64,000 bases of DNA from Hormiphora californensis (lineage: Eukaryota > Animalia > Ctenophora), in NCBI GenBank assembly GCA_020137815.1, contig CM035361.1:2418001-2482000 (forward strand), in the 5' to 3' direction. Shown one piece after another: positions 38,066 to 51,262 of the stretch. Positions within the stretch are counted from its first letter, which is position 1; every line of letters begins with the position of its first letter. Position numbers and translations under genes: made by a program. A model generated the notes under the pieces. It worked only from the letters and a program-made list of their open reading frames with translations. It ran no database searches and had not been told where the DNA came from.

Positions 38066-41000
38066 ATGTTTTGGAGAGCTGTATTAGCGTGTTGTTTGAT
38101 TGCAGGTACTGCTGCATACTACGAACCACCCCCTCCTGACCATGAGGATCTTATCGGTAGGTTTTCAAGCAATATATCACAGCTTTCTTGATCTAGTTCT
38201 CACTTTGGTGACATATAGACACCTGGCGCGACTCCCGCTCAATCTTGGTCGCACACGGTGTCTATGCCACCAAGTTCTCACTATGATTTTTACCATTTTA
38301 TGCTCTTTTTATATCATTGGGATAACCCAGTTCCGTAAAAACCCAGATTCCTGATATAGTTCACTCCATGTTGCAGGAACTGCAAGGTGGATAGTCAAGT
38401 ACAGCAACATTTCTGTTGTGGCTACCAACTCCCTACTACTCCCTGGGTTCCCCTGGGCCAAAACTAAGGATGTGGCTGATGGGTTGTACAATGAAACCTT
38501 CTCTCGAGGTTTGCTGAGTAAGGGGGAGGGGGTTAGAAGTGGTTAGAGGGGGAGGGAGAGGGGGTTAGCGCGATACTGAGTGACCACTCTCCTTGCTTCG
38601 ATCTTCTCAGCAGAATGGATGAGAATTGAAAAAGGGTCTGCGTGATGCCTGACTACCGGGGAGAGGGATATTGCCTAGTGTAGTAACACAAAGGCTAACC
38701 CCTACCTGACTTCAATTCTCTCTATGGAAAAGCAGCTCTCCCTCTCAGAGAGTCTGAGTCTCACCCCAACTGTTTCATGTATCTCCCTCTCAGAGAGTCT
38801 GAGTCTCACCCCAACTGTTTCAGGTATCTCCCTCTCAGAGAGTCTGAGTCTCACCCCAACTGTTTCAGGTATCTCCCTCTCAGAGAGTCTGAGTCTCACC
38901 CCAACTGTTTCAGGTATCTCCCTCTCAGAGAGTATGAGTCTCACCCCAAATTCTCTGTTTCAGGTATCTCCCTCTCAGAGAGTCTGAGTCTCACCCCAAC
39001 TTCTCTCTTTCAGGTATCTCCCTCTCTGAGAGTCTGAGTCTCACCCCAACTGTTTCAGGTATCCCGATGATTTATTCTTCACCGATGGCTACTCTAACCC
39101 ACGACTTTACTGCGGACCCCAAGGTACACAATTCTGAGTCATCTAACCAGAAACCGACCGAATCAGGAAATACTGGTCCCTGATTGGTTGGTAACCAGTC
39201 ACGTGACCTAAATAACGAGTTCTGATTGGTTACCTCCCTGTTTTTAATTGTTGTACGTAACAAGTGGTCTTACAGGTCACATTTGCTTACAGTGCAGAGT
39301 TTACCCACTGGTGTATGGATCAAGATATTGACAATGATAGCCCAACGTGCGGCCTAATTGCCCTATCAGGTTTTAGTTTAGTTACATAATAGGGCTGTAT
39401 CTGGCACCTGCCCACTGTGCAACTCTCTTATTCAACATTGAAATAATCTTCCCGTGATAGAAACAATTTAATCAATTTAATTAAAACAGTGTTCAAATTC
39501 AAATCAAATTCATAAATTTGCGTAACACACAGGATATTTAAAAAGATAAACCTCCTAAAAAGAGTCAATACTCAGTACACTCACAGCACAGCGACACATA
39601 ACACACTAACACGCATCATGGACACCACTCTAGTATTGAGTTACTGTTTGCTTGAGCAGGATAACCGCTGATGGGGGGTGTATCCGGAATGGTAGAGAGG
39701 AAACTACCTAGCTGAGATTTGAACTGATAAAGAGTTGGGGCCTCCTTTACAGATCGAGGCAAAGTGTTCCACAACCTTGCCCCCAGTACCGCAAATGATT
39801 GTTCGTATAGCGACAGGTTAGATCGTTGAGCCTCGTACGAGTATCGAGGGACGACAGCACTAGGGCCAGAGCGGTGCCTGTCGACGAAACACATGTCAGT
39901 ACTGTTGGGTATCTCATTGTTGTACACTTTCCACACAAGAATCATAGTGTACCTCTCACGTCGGCGCTGAAGCGATAAAAGTCCCAGGGTTTGAAGACGT
40001 TGCCAGTAGTTCAGCCCCTTGAGACCAACGATCTTACGGGTGTACGATCGTTGAATATCCTCAACACGACTAATATCCCCATTTTTGGAAGGTGACCACA
40101 GTGTGCAACAGTAGTCAAGATGGGGACGCACCAGTGACTTGTAAAGAGTCATCATGGTGCGGCGAGTTCTGGATCTAAATGCACTTAATGTCCATCCAGC
40201 AACCCGACTAGCCGTGGTAACAACTCGAGATATTTGGGCCGACCATTGACCATCACTCGAGAGTAGAACACCTAAGTCTCGGACAGTGTCTGTTGGATCG
40301 ATGAACCTCCCATCAGAGAGTTGATAGGAATAGTTCTCAGCACTGAACGGTACTTCTCTAAGGGGAAACTCTAACTGAAATGGCATCCCATTAATGGGAT
40401 CCCATCAGCAGTACAACTCTAACTGATAATGAACCACAGTGATGGTTCTTTCTCTGTATTCTCTCTGTGTGCGCGCCCAATCAATCAATGCCCGGGCATG
40501 CCCAATGTACTGCTACAGAGAGAATACAGAGAAAGAACCATCACTGTGGTTCATTATCAGTTAGAGTTGTACTGCTGATGGGATCCCATTAATGGGATGC
40601 CATTCAGTTAGAGTTTCCCCTAAGCGAACTGGTGTGATTCAGGGTGAAATTCATGACCTCGAACTTTGACTGGTGCAAGGACATATTGTTAGCGTCAGCC
40701 CAGGTTATCACACTGTTCAGATCCTCCTGTAGGTTCAATTTGTCAACCATAGTACGGATAGCAGAGAAGATTTTAGTGTCATCAGCGAACGACAAAGAAG
40801 AACCGTGTTTGATTACGGATTCCAGGTCAATTACATAGATCAGAAATAAAAGTGGACCGAGAACAGTCCCTTGTGGGACCCCACTTATGACTTCTGCAAA
40901 AGAAGACGCTACGCCGTCGACTAAGACCGTTTGTTTCCGGTCTAGTAGGAAGCTGCGGATCCATTCAAGTAGTTTGCCCTTAACTCCATATCTTTTCGAG

Positions 41001-43395
41001 AAGTATACCGATGTCAACTTTATCAAACGCCTTCTCGAAGTCCAAGTAGATTACATCCACTTCAAGAAGGTCGTTGAGATTGTTCAGAATATTGTCAATG
41101 TGACGAGTGAGTTGGGATAAGCAGCTCCTCTTGCTTCTAAACCCATGCTGAGATTCGTTAAACAAGTTCTCTGATTCAAAGTATGACACCATTTGAGATC
41201 TTACAACCCGTTCAAATGTCTTGGCAATGTGACTGGTGAGGGAGATCGGGCGGTAATTTTCAGCTTTCATTTTAGGACCCTTTTTGTAGAGGGGTGCAAT
41301 GTACTGAAGTTTCAGACAGGGTGGTACAATACCAGAATCAAACGATTTGGCCCATAAGATGGATAGGGGGTAGGACAGCGATGATCGGCAGTCACGTAAA
41401 ATTCTGGCAGGTACATCTCCTGGAGGGCCGGCTGAATAGGGATTGAGGTCATGTAGTGCCTTTTCAATATCAGCGGTGGAGAAAACGATGTCTGAAAGGC
41501 TGCATGTAGAAGGAATGATGTTGTCTGCAGCTGTTGAGGAAGAGTTTGAAGGAGTGCTGAAAACAGATGTGAATTGTGATTGAAACAGTTCTGCCTTCAT
41601 AGCGGGAACGTCAGTGAGTGAACCATCACTTGTCTGTAAAGGAGGTATGCGTGACCGGGTCTTCCTCTTTCGGTTGGCGTATGACCAGAAGAATTTTGGG
41701 TTAGCTTTGAGTTTTGTCAACGCCTCGTTTTCATCACTGTCAAGTCGCTGAGAAATGTGGCACAAAATTTCCCAAGTAATTCTGGAAACACCAATCTCGA
41801 GCTGTGGCAAAAGGTGAGGTTTATTCTGCCGTGCAAGAGCAATCCGTTTATTCAAACTCCGCTGTTTCACTTTCAATTTCCTGAGAACAGGGTCCCTTCT
41901 TTTTTTACGGGCCTTCTTCTTACGAGAGTGGTGAGATAAGACCTGTAGAACAGTCAGGGTGAAAAGTTGAACGAAATCAGAACCATCACCGTCATCGCAG
42001 ATGTCGGCGAGTGCTAGCCAATCGATCTGGTCCAACTCCCTACACATTTCAGGGAAGTTAGCCTCATGAAAGTTGTAAATATCAAAGTCCGTGAATCGAT
42101 GGTCTGATTGACGAGTGGGTAAGATACCAAACCCAAGTGTAGAGCTGATCATATTATGGTCAGAAATACACGACTCCGATACCTCAGTTTTGAAGACATA
42201 GTCTGGCCGGTTGGTGAGAACGAGGTCTAGAATATTCAAGCCCCGTGTTGGGGAGTCAACAAGCTGAGTGAGAAAATATGAGTTCACAAATTTTAGTAGC
42301 ATCTGTGAGCAAGGGTTAGGTCCTCCAGTGAGTGTTCTATGTCTGGCATATTGAAGTCGCCCATAACATAGATGTCAGGACAACCCTTGTCGAGTTCGCA
42401 CTGATCAATGAAACGGGATAGATCATCAAAAAGGTCATTCGCACCACCAACAGGAGTTACCAGATCATCAGGATCTTTCTTGACAGGAGCTTGTTTCTTC
42501 TTCCTCTTCTTCTTACCGCTACGGCCTGCCTTCGGACTGATTTTGAACTCGTATTCCTCATCAGATAACACTGATTCTGGATCTTCAGCACTTCGGTTGC
42601 ACATGAAGGTTTCAATTTTGTTGTTTTTGTCCTTGCACGGCAGACACAACCAGACCGACCCCGTCAAGGACCCAAGGGTGCCATCCATAGCCTCGCAATC
42701 ATGAGACCCCTGCTGGCAAAGAAAACAGCGGACACGAGGAGATTCACCTAGTTTAACTGCATATCCTTCTCCGCAGCCCTCACAATCACAGGGAAAATGA
42801 CATTCCAGCTGAATGATGATGTAGTCAGCTAGTGTAGTGCGGTTCTGGTACCGCTTAGTTTTATCCGCATGTGAGCCGGGGGATGCACCGAAGAAAGATG
42901 CAGCGGCTTCCAGGTGGGCACAATTGAATGTGCGGATGATGTCCAGATTCTTGGTGTAATCCACATCATGGCGGTAGGCAGACAGGACCTTTTTGGTGAG
43001 AGGATCTGCTGCGTTTACAAGATTTCCAACGGCAAGGGCATTGCCATCACTTTTGTCATCAGTAGGTGTAGCCATATTTGTCATATCTGGCATGGCTAGA
43101 GCCTACAGAGGGATATTCGAAAACGCACGGGCGCGCGCCTCAAATTAATTTGTTTAAAGTAGTGTTGAAAAGTTTGAAACTATTTAACTATTAGAAACTA
43201 TTTAACTAAAACAGCGTTAGAAACCATTTAATTAAAACAGTGTTAGAAACGATTTAACTAAAACATTTCTCCACACACCAGGCGAGATGGAGGAGGTATC
43301 TGACGACGATGAGGTTGCGTTTGCTAAACTAGGAATGTTCCAGCGTCATCCTATCACCGCTTCATGGCCTCCTGGTCATGGATTTAGGTATAGGG

Positions 43396-43431
<36 letters not shown>

Positions 43432-43630
43432 TCCTCCAATTTGCACATAGGAGTTTCATTTTGAGAATTGCAGTAGGTATCCTAATTCTCTCTCACCCAG
43501 GTTCTACAAGCTTGTAATCCAGAACATTCTAGTGCTGGACTACTATGGTGGACCCCACAAACACGTCAGTGTGGAGGACTACCTAAACTACAAACCCACC
43601 TGGGGTCTTGAGGAAAATATGGTGTTTTAA
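38066..43630 (+). CDS. CREG1: CREG family secreted/lysosomal glycoprotein (6 exons)
   Basis: Signal MFWRAVLACCLIAGTAA; ARWIV...VADG...GIPMIYSSPM...DSPTCGLIALSG; MFQRHP...WPPGHGFRFYKLVIQNILVLDYYGGP matches the CREG C-terminal consensus. Confidence 0.9.
38737..39062 (+). repeat. 45-50-bp minisatellite (~7 units) overlapping the CREG exon-3 acceptor
   Basis: Unit GTATCTCCCTCTCAGAGAGTCTGAGTCTCACCCCAACTGTTTCAG. Confidence 0.95.
39493..43120 (-). mobile_element. Decayed CR1-clade LINE, antisense in a CREG intron: PHD-like ORF1 fused by deletion to the endonuclease C-terminus; RT with frameshifts and a MITE insertion
   Basis: Cys/His cluster in 42293-43093; VMGDFNMPDI; NYRPISLTS, DFEKAFDKV, GVPQGTVLGP, FADDTK, LQRRRERY; (GAATTT)-like tail near 39493-39510. 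Confidence 0.92.
40362..40620. mobile_element. PIF/Harbinger-type MITE (GGGG...CCCC, TAA TSD) inserted in LINE ORF2
   Basis: ~105-bp TIRs; removing the element plus one TAA restores the frame NHTSSLREVPF. Confidence 0.93.
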
Positions 43631-44522
43631 TTGACAATATGCCTTTTTGTGTGTCTCTTTATCTCGATTATCGCGAATGATATTTTATGTGTTTCAAGTT
43701 TCTTACAATTGGATTCAATTGAATAGTGGTTTTCAATTTGAACAATAGAGATTGGTCTAAAGAGGTGGATCGGTAATTCATTATTATCACTCAGAGGCAG
43801 ACCATTGTGAACAATACAAGCAGACCAAAGAATCTCTCATCAGCCAACTTTTCTGCCAAGTCCCAGTTTTGCGTATCATGGAGATCATTGGAATTGAGGA
43901 TTACGGACTAAAACTGTAGCGCGCATGTCAGAACAACTAGAGAACTGCGCGCGTTCACATGTGTGTATTGTGTATTCGAATGTATAAAATCGTGTGAATG
44001 TATACACTGATAACACTATAACGTAGAAATGGTTCAATGAATGCTGTAGTGCAACAACCACACGACAGTTTAGGATTGTATACCTGGCTTACAGAACTAT
44101 CAATTTGCCCGGCTGTTAACTTCAGATTTGATAACCCGTTTCCGGTCCAAGAAATATGAAACACATTGGTTTGCGAAATTGTAAAATAAAAGCCAAGAGG
44201 CAACACAAACTGAATTATTGGGGTCGCGTAGTGTTAGAAAGCCAAACACACTCTCTCGAAGTACAGAAGAAAACATTTAAAATTTGCAAAAAAAACATTT
44301 GAGATATTTATACCGGGCCACCAACTGAAATCTCTTCGTAAAAATTGAAACCCAAAAACAGTACCATTAATTGCACAAGGTGGCGGAAAAAAAGCTTGTA
44401 ACTATTGATACCAAGCAAAAAATTGATAAACCCGCTCGGCTTGTTTAAATCCAAAATGGGAAATACGCAATATAACTCCATTGTCTTTCTCAAAGTGTTA
44501 AAGAGAAGCCTGATCTCAGTTA

Positions 44523-45947
44523 TCAGGGTAAGATCTTCTGAAGACTTTCAATTTGTTGAGGATGTCAGGGATTCGGGATAGCGGATAGAGAACTTGAGGA
44601 TGAGATCACCACGCTTAGCTCCATCTCGCTGGTTTTGCATCCCATGCAAGGGAATAACTCTTGAGAAACCGGGGGGTATCAGGGGCGGTAATCTGAGGGG
44701 TTAAAATATAAAAGATGGGGAAACTGGGATATCTCTCACCAGACTTCATTGCAATTACTACTAATAACAGACTAATTGGGAGTTTGGTAAGCCTGAGTAA
44801 GGCATCTTTTGGGGGTGGCAACTTGAATTAAAGCGCGGACACAATGTCAGCTGCGCCTCAAGTCGTAACTGGAGTACCTATCTCAGACTAACCTGATATC
44901 TAGTCCCCGAGGCGAGTCAATGAGGGGGACAGTGATATCGCTCCCAACTAAACTACTCTTAAGTGACAGAGATACATTGTATACCAAGTCGTCCCCAACT
45001 CTGAAACATTGTTTTCATTAAAGTTGGGGTACGGCAGTCTCGTACTGTGCAAATGTGGCTGGGAGATGGTGGTTGGTGAAAGCGGCTGGTACAGTTTGGA
45101 GTCTTTGTTATGATGGCTGGGATCAGATATGGCTGATATAAAACACAAACACGAATATAATACCTGTCTGGCGCCGATCTGACAATCAAAACGGGGAGGC
45201 GCTACCAGACAGGATTCCATTCCACTTTATCCCGGATGGGGAGTGGGTTAGATTTTAACAAAATGAAAATCAAAATTAGGCACAATAATCAATTCAGTAC
45301 CTTTCAAAGATGGGGTGTGGTTTTTCTCTGATCGTAAACACGATATCAGCTGGTACAGAGTCTATATTCACATTACCCTCCTGAAACAGCAGGGGGTTTA
45401 GATTTAGAGACTTGACAAACTAAACGTCTCCTATCTCGAACGGATTTAGGCTGATTATAGAATAGAATAAAACCATATAGGAAACACATGTATCATAATA
45501 ACTTGTCTAGCTAGACCTTGAATTGTTCGGAGCACGGAAACAGTGTCAAGCGACTCATGCTACACCCTTTACAAATGTAAAGTTAGAACACAACAAATAA
45601 TAACACTAACTTGGGCACGTCGCGCCCCCCATGTTCGCGCGCCTACGGGGCTTGCCCGCTTCGCGGGCAAAACACTAACCCGTTCAAAAGTAATTCTAGT
45701 GCCATCTTTCCAACCAGGCCGCACTTTAATCTCCAGGATTCTCTCTATAAACCGATACTTGTTTCTCTCACACTCCACCTTCTTTGTTATCTTGATTCGC
45801 TTTGTTAAACCTGTTGTTAGAACATACTGTCGTCAATTCTAGAGGGGGCTCAATTTACAAAGTCAAATTGTTCCTGCTAGTTCTAGAACATAGAACAAGA
45901 GGGGAGTCATTCTAGAAGACATATCTAACCCACGGTGGAGGTTATAT

Positions 45948-46015
<68 letters not shown>

Positions 46016-47425
46016 TCTCTCTCTCTCTCCCTCTCTTCTAATTAAAATGTTCTAGAAACATGACAGGGTTCTAGAATTGCATTACAATATTCAATATAAC
46101 TGTACAATAAGATTCTCTCTCTCCCCGACATTTAGCTGACCCACCACGAAGATTAAAATGCTCTCTATTCGAATAATGCAGTCAAGGGAATTGAGAACAT
46201 ATTGGTGGTAAATATAGTTCTAGAATAGACTTCCCTTCCATCTCTTCCATTCTATCAAATCATTTACCCTCTCCCTCTATCAACTTGCTAAATTCCTGCT
46301 TCCATTTCTCCCATTCTATAAAGTGTGTTTTACCTGCATGAAGTTCTTCCAGTGTCAAGGCCAACTCTTTTATCACTTCTTTGTCTTTGGGGCGGTTCTC
46401 AAAAGGGCCTCGACAGAAGGTTTCAAACGCTGTAAAGGGTCAACATGATGAGGTGGGGGTGACAGATATAGGAACGATGAAGTCATGCAAAAAAAATGAA
46501 AAAAAAGGGTCAACAGGTAAACAAAAGTTGTTTAAAAACTTTATAGGAAGGAAAACAGCACATCCCGTACCTGTGTGTTTTTGTGAGGGTCTCTTCTTCC
46601 CCCTTATTGCAGCAGTAAACATATCACTTTCACCACACAGATCTCGGAATATCCGGGCGAGATCTTGATCCATACGGAATCGATGATTACCTGGGAGAGC
46701 CGAGAGGTATTATAGTACCCAGCAAACACAGTTGGCGTGAGTTGCTTGTCAGCGCCAAATTTCAGACGGCCATAGATCCACCCCCTGATAAGATAGAGAC
46801 TCGAAATTTGTTTTGTAAGGAGATCATGTCGAGTTCTTCTTACACAACAAATTTCAAGTCTCTATCTCACCAGGGAGTGGAGCTATGACCGTCTGAAATT
46901 TGGCGCTGGCAAGCAATTCACGCTAACTGTGTTTGCTGGGTACTTTAATAGAACTAGAAGTTATATGTTATCAATAATCAGTAATCTGTAAGTTAGGGGT
47001 GATATCAGAGGAACGTAAGATTTTAACAACTAATGTCGAGAACCCACTACACGTGAACCCACTGGATAAATTGATATTGATATGCAATTGATGATGATAT
47101 GCAATGGGGTACTGAACCAACTTCAAATAATTTACCCTCTCCCTCTATCAACTTGCTAAATTTATCATTTAGTTTCACTGTTCAGTACAATATGTGATAC
47201 GAGGTGTGAGGCGTCCACTTCTATTCTGCACGAGAAGAAACTGGCAAGTTCTGGAAATGGAGAGTGCGCGTCGTACCGTCATCGTGGCCTACCAACACTG
47301 TGCTCTTTCAAAAGAAACATGTCGTTAGGTCTGGCGCGTTACATACACGATAATACAAAACATTCTAGATCGCTGCTGCAGTGGTCGGAAACTCATGGTT
47401 ATAAATGGAGGATTAGGGACCGGAT

Positions 47426-47510
<85 letters not shown>

Positions 47511-47644
47511 TGGGGTTAATAATAGGATTCTCGGAACAACAGCAGGTCACAGGTGTGCTTCATACCTAGAGAATGTTCTAGGATAGGACATGACATCTGA
47601 ACATGCATAATAACAACATCAGCTTAGAAAAGCAACGGAGGGTA

Positions 47645-47736
<92 letters not shown>

Positions 47737-48798
47737 GGTTTATTGTATAGAAAGTTCTAGAAAGTGGCCGTTATCAACATCATCTTTATTATGTTCGATG
47801 CAAAGATTCTAGAACCTTGGTAGATCTAGATTGTTCTGGATGCACCTACCTTCAATACAATATGCAATTAATAATAAATAGTATCTCTCCCTTTCTCTCT
47901 CTCTCCCTTTCTCTCTCTCTCCCTTTCTCTCACTTCCCTTTCTCTCTCTCTCTCTCCCTTTCTCTCACTTCCCTTTCTCTCCACTTCTTCAATTCTTTAG
48001 CACGTGTGAATGAAAGACAAGCTAAAAATATATTTCTTCTTCGATCGATTAACTAAAGTACTACCGTAATGTGTTCTCTCTGTAGAGTTTTGTGAGTTGA
48101 GAGTTCTGACATGAATCTTCTAGATTGATCGAGATTTAGTATTGAGAGAACACGTGACGAAATGAAATGATATTCAATAGTTAGCAGGTAGTCGAGTATA
48201 GAGTTATTATAGTTTTGAGCTCTAATCAGTAAGAGGAAAATATACCCCAGATAAATTATGGAAAAGAAGATACTTCTAAAGATACTTTTAATGTTCTAAA
48301 TGACATGGGAGATTAATGCATGTTAAAAGTGTCATTACAATTTGATGGAACTTACATTTTTCTTTCAGACCGTCCTCTCCATGCACATCAAATATGCTCC
48401 TTTTATTAACTGCAAAAAGGGGGAGAAATCACCAACCAAGTACAAAATCAAAAACATTCGGCTCGGCATTTAAATTCCAAGCTAATAATAAGAGCCACAC
48501 CCGTTACACGTACCACTGCTCAGAACAGCGTAAGCCTCTGTTATCAGACAAAAGTAGGAGTGATCGCTAGTGTTCTTGTCAGGATGGTGACGTAGTGCTT
48601 TCCTGTGGTACCTGGATGCAGGTCAAGGTTAAAACACATGGGGAGATAATAATTGATAAACACTCGTGAGCTAAACTGATTATCATTTTGCAGTGTGTAT
48701 GCAGAACGAACGAGAAGAAAAACTTACGCTTTTCGTATTTCGGAAACTGAAGCGTCTCTTGGTATTGAAAGGATGGAATAGTAGTCTTTGGAACTCAT
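44523..48798 (-). CDS. Class B J-domain co-chaperone (Hsp40, DNAJB13/DNAJB1-like), 9 exons
   Basis: MSSKDYYSIL...ALRHHPDKN...EAYAVLS; LTLEELHAG; IKVRPGWKDGTRITF; PADIVFTIREKPHPIFER.GDDL; RGDLILKF. Confidence 0.92.
46718..46940. mobile_element. Foldback MITE CCCAGCAAACACA..., TA flanks (EnSpm/CMC-like terminus)
   Basis: ~105-bp imperfect inverted arms. Confidence 0.85.
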
Positions 48799-49323
48799 AA
48801 CTATTATAGGGGAGTAAATTCTTTAGTAGAGGGGGTTGGAGCACCGGGGGGTAATGAGTAAACACATACACACATATTGAGCAAGCTCAATTTAGCTATT
48901 CTCCGGCTGGGTATAGGGATGAGGTACTGGCAAGATATAGTAGGATCGCTATTGCCCACATGTCAAGTTCATTCGGATATACGAGTTTAAAAGGTTGGGT
49001 GGTCACAGTACTGCAAAATGGTTGTTTCTCTTTAACAACCTTATCTGGTGTGTGTGACGTATCAAGTTAGAAGACAGAGAAGAAGAGGGGAGACCAATCT
49101 CAGCGCTACAACTTGGTCGTGTGCAGAGATAAACAAACAAAAGCTAACCACTATACGAGCAATATGTGTACTAGACACAGACCATTATCGATATAAAGTT
49201 GTGATGTCTCAGAAAAAGATAAAGCGAGATAATAGAGTTAGAGTCCAGTCCACGATAAAGTTGTTGTTCCAGGTTTCATGCTGTCAGATAAGCTTTTTCA
49301 TAAAAACAAAACGCACATATGTA

Positions 49324-50000
49324 CAGGGTGTCCCACTGTCTTTGCGTGACCTGCGATTTTGGGTCATGACCGGGCTCCATTAAATTAATCAAAACTCATC
49401 GAAAAATGGGTCAAAATGTGGTTCTAACAAAAACCAGTGTTCTAGAACATTGTCAGGCGAACATTGAATCTGGAAAAATCGACATTATAGCTCCCCTCTA
49501 AACCCCATTTTTGCACATTGTTAGCCACTTTCTGAGAAAACGGCTAGGATCTACACCTTGTCGTTTGGCATACTTGTTCTACAGACCAAGGAGCATGAAA
49601 CTTGTGTAGCGATTTTTGATTAAGGCCCTCATTCAAAAATTATGGGGGTTTACATAATATTTTTCTTGACCAAAAATGTGTAAACCACCATAATTTTTGA
49701 GTGAGGGCCTTAATCAAAAATCGCTACACAAGTTTCATGCTCCTTGGTCTGTAAGGGTGTCCCACTGTCTATGCGTGACCTGCGATTTTGGAATTTGGGT
49801 CATGACCGGGCTGCATTAAATTAATCAAAACTCATCGAAAAATAGGTCAAAATGGTTATATTTAAACCCCCATGGCCCATAATTTTTGAATGAGAGCCAA
49901 ACGACAAGGTCTAGATCCTAGCCGTTTTCTCAGAAAGTGGCTAACCATGTGCAAAAATGGGGTTTAGAGGGGAGCCATAATGTCGATTTTTCCAGATTCT
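49324..50000. mobile_element. Rearranged Tc1/mariner-type element (TA|CAGGGTGTCCC) with internal inverted duplication
   Basis: Terminus repeated at ~49755; ~49467-49567 inverted at ~49897-49998; hairpin at ~49580-49752. Confidence 0.7.
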
Positions 50001-50121
50001 GCTAACCCCAAATAATTCAAAGACCGGTTGGGCTTATGTCTAAAAATTTGTAGAGTGATTCCCCTTGATAAGACGAAGCGTTTGGCACTAAATTGAATGT
50101 CCAAACCCTACCAGTCCTAAA

Positions 50122-51262
50122 ATCATCATCATCATCAATATACATTTAATATCCCGCTTTTTAGCACATATTACAAACTAGCACTAACATAAAGATAAAC
50201 CTTAATGGATAGTTTAGAACTTTCTAAAGCGGCTTCCTTAGATCGAGATTGGGTTAATAGTCTAGGACTGTAGATAAGAGTTTGTGCTCACTATTTTATA
50301 CTCTATCATATCCCATCGGCACTCACAAAGTATTCAAATCAGGTACCCTCAACCACCTCATTCCCACGGATTATGTAGTGTTTGTCAGGATACCTCTTAG
50401 CCATTTGTTTTAGCCGATCTACCAACTGTTTCCTAACAAGTAACATTTCTCTCCTCCGGTGTTCGATCCGGGGAAATATACACTTTATCATACTTTTCAG
50501 TCCCTCTCAGCTGCGATTTTTTCGACAGAATCGACTTCTGAGCATCCCTGTTTCGTAGCACTACTTTCACTGGTCTGGCAGTTTGAGACTGCTTTCCCAA
50601 TCGCACTAATGATGTCACAACCGGAGCCTCTTCCAGCTCAGCAAAAATGGATTTCACTTGAGTTTCAAGCTCATCACTCTTGTCATTCAGTTCGTCCAAA
50701 CCATGGATGATGATGTTACAGCCACGATCATCAGATGCTGCAGCAAGAGCCGACTGTATCTTCTTTGGGGCCAGGGCAGTAGCACATTCTTTCTCCAGAA
50801 CAGATGCAAAGCTCTGTATTTCCTACTGTGCCGTTGTCTGAACAGCGGTGATTTCAGTTTCTCTCTTTTCGAGTAGTTGTCTCTGCATTTTTAGCAGCTC
50901 CTCCTGTGCAGCTACCAGATCTCTCTGGGTTTTCATTAGCTCTTCACTTCGCGTTTTGAGCTCCTTCTCGAACTTCTTCACCCGTAGTGTATCATCACCC
51001 ATTGAAAACAGCTCCGCGACAATAGGAAAAGTCTGACCCATCAGTATTTTGAACGCACTCTCAACAAGACCTACGAGTTCTGGCTTTTTCAGCGAGTTAT
51101 TCAGTTTATCCCACGTCGGAAACTCCAGATTGTTCCAATCATCAGCAGATAGTCCGTACCGATTCTCTACATTATCCGGGTCATAGATTATTTTATTCGG
51201 GTCTACCTTCCCAAAACCTCCAGTTTTCGTCAGGACCTCTCTCACCCACTCGACCGTTAGTT
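50122..51262 (-). mobile_element. ORF1-only LINE-like element with short 3' UTR and (GAT)n tail
   Basis: Coiled coil plus NIIIHGL..RLGK..RPVKV..YISPDRTPEER ORF1 motifs, with an in-frame stop at 50823 and a frameshift near 50435; the ORF ends ~50338 and runs into the tail without ORF2. Confidence 0.78.
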
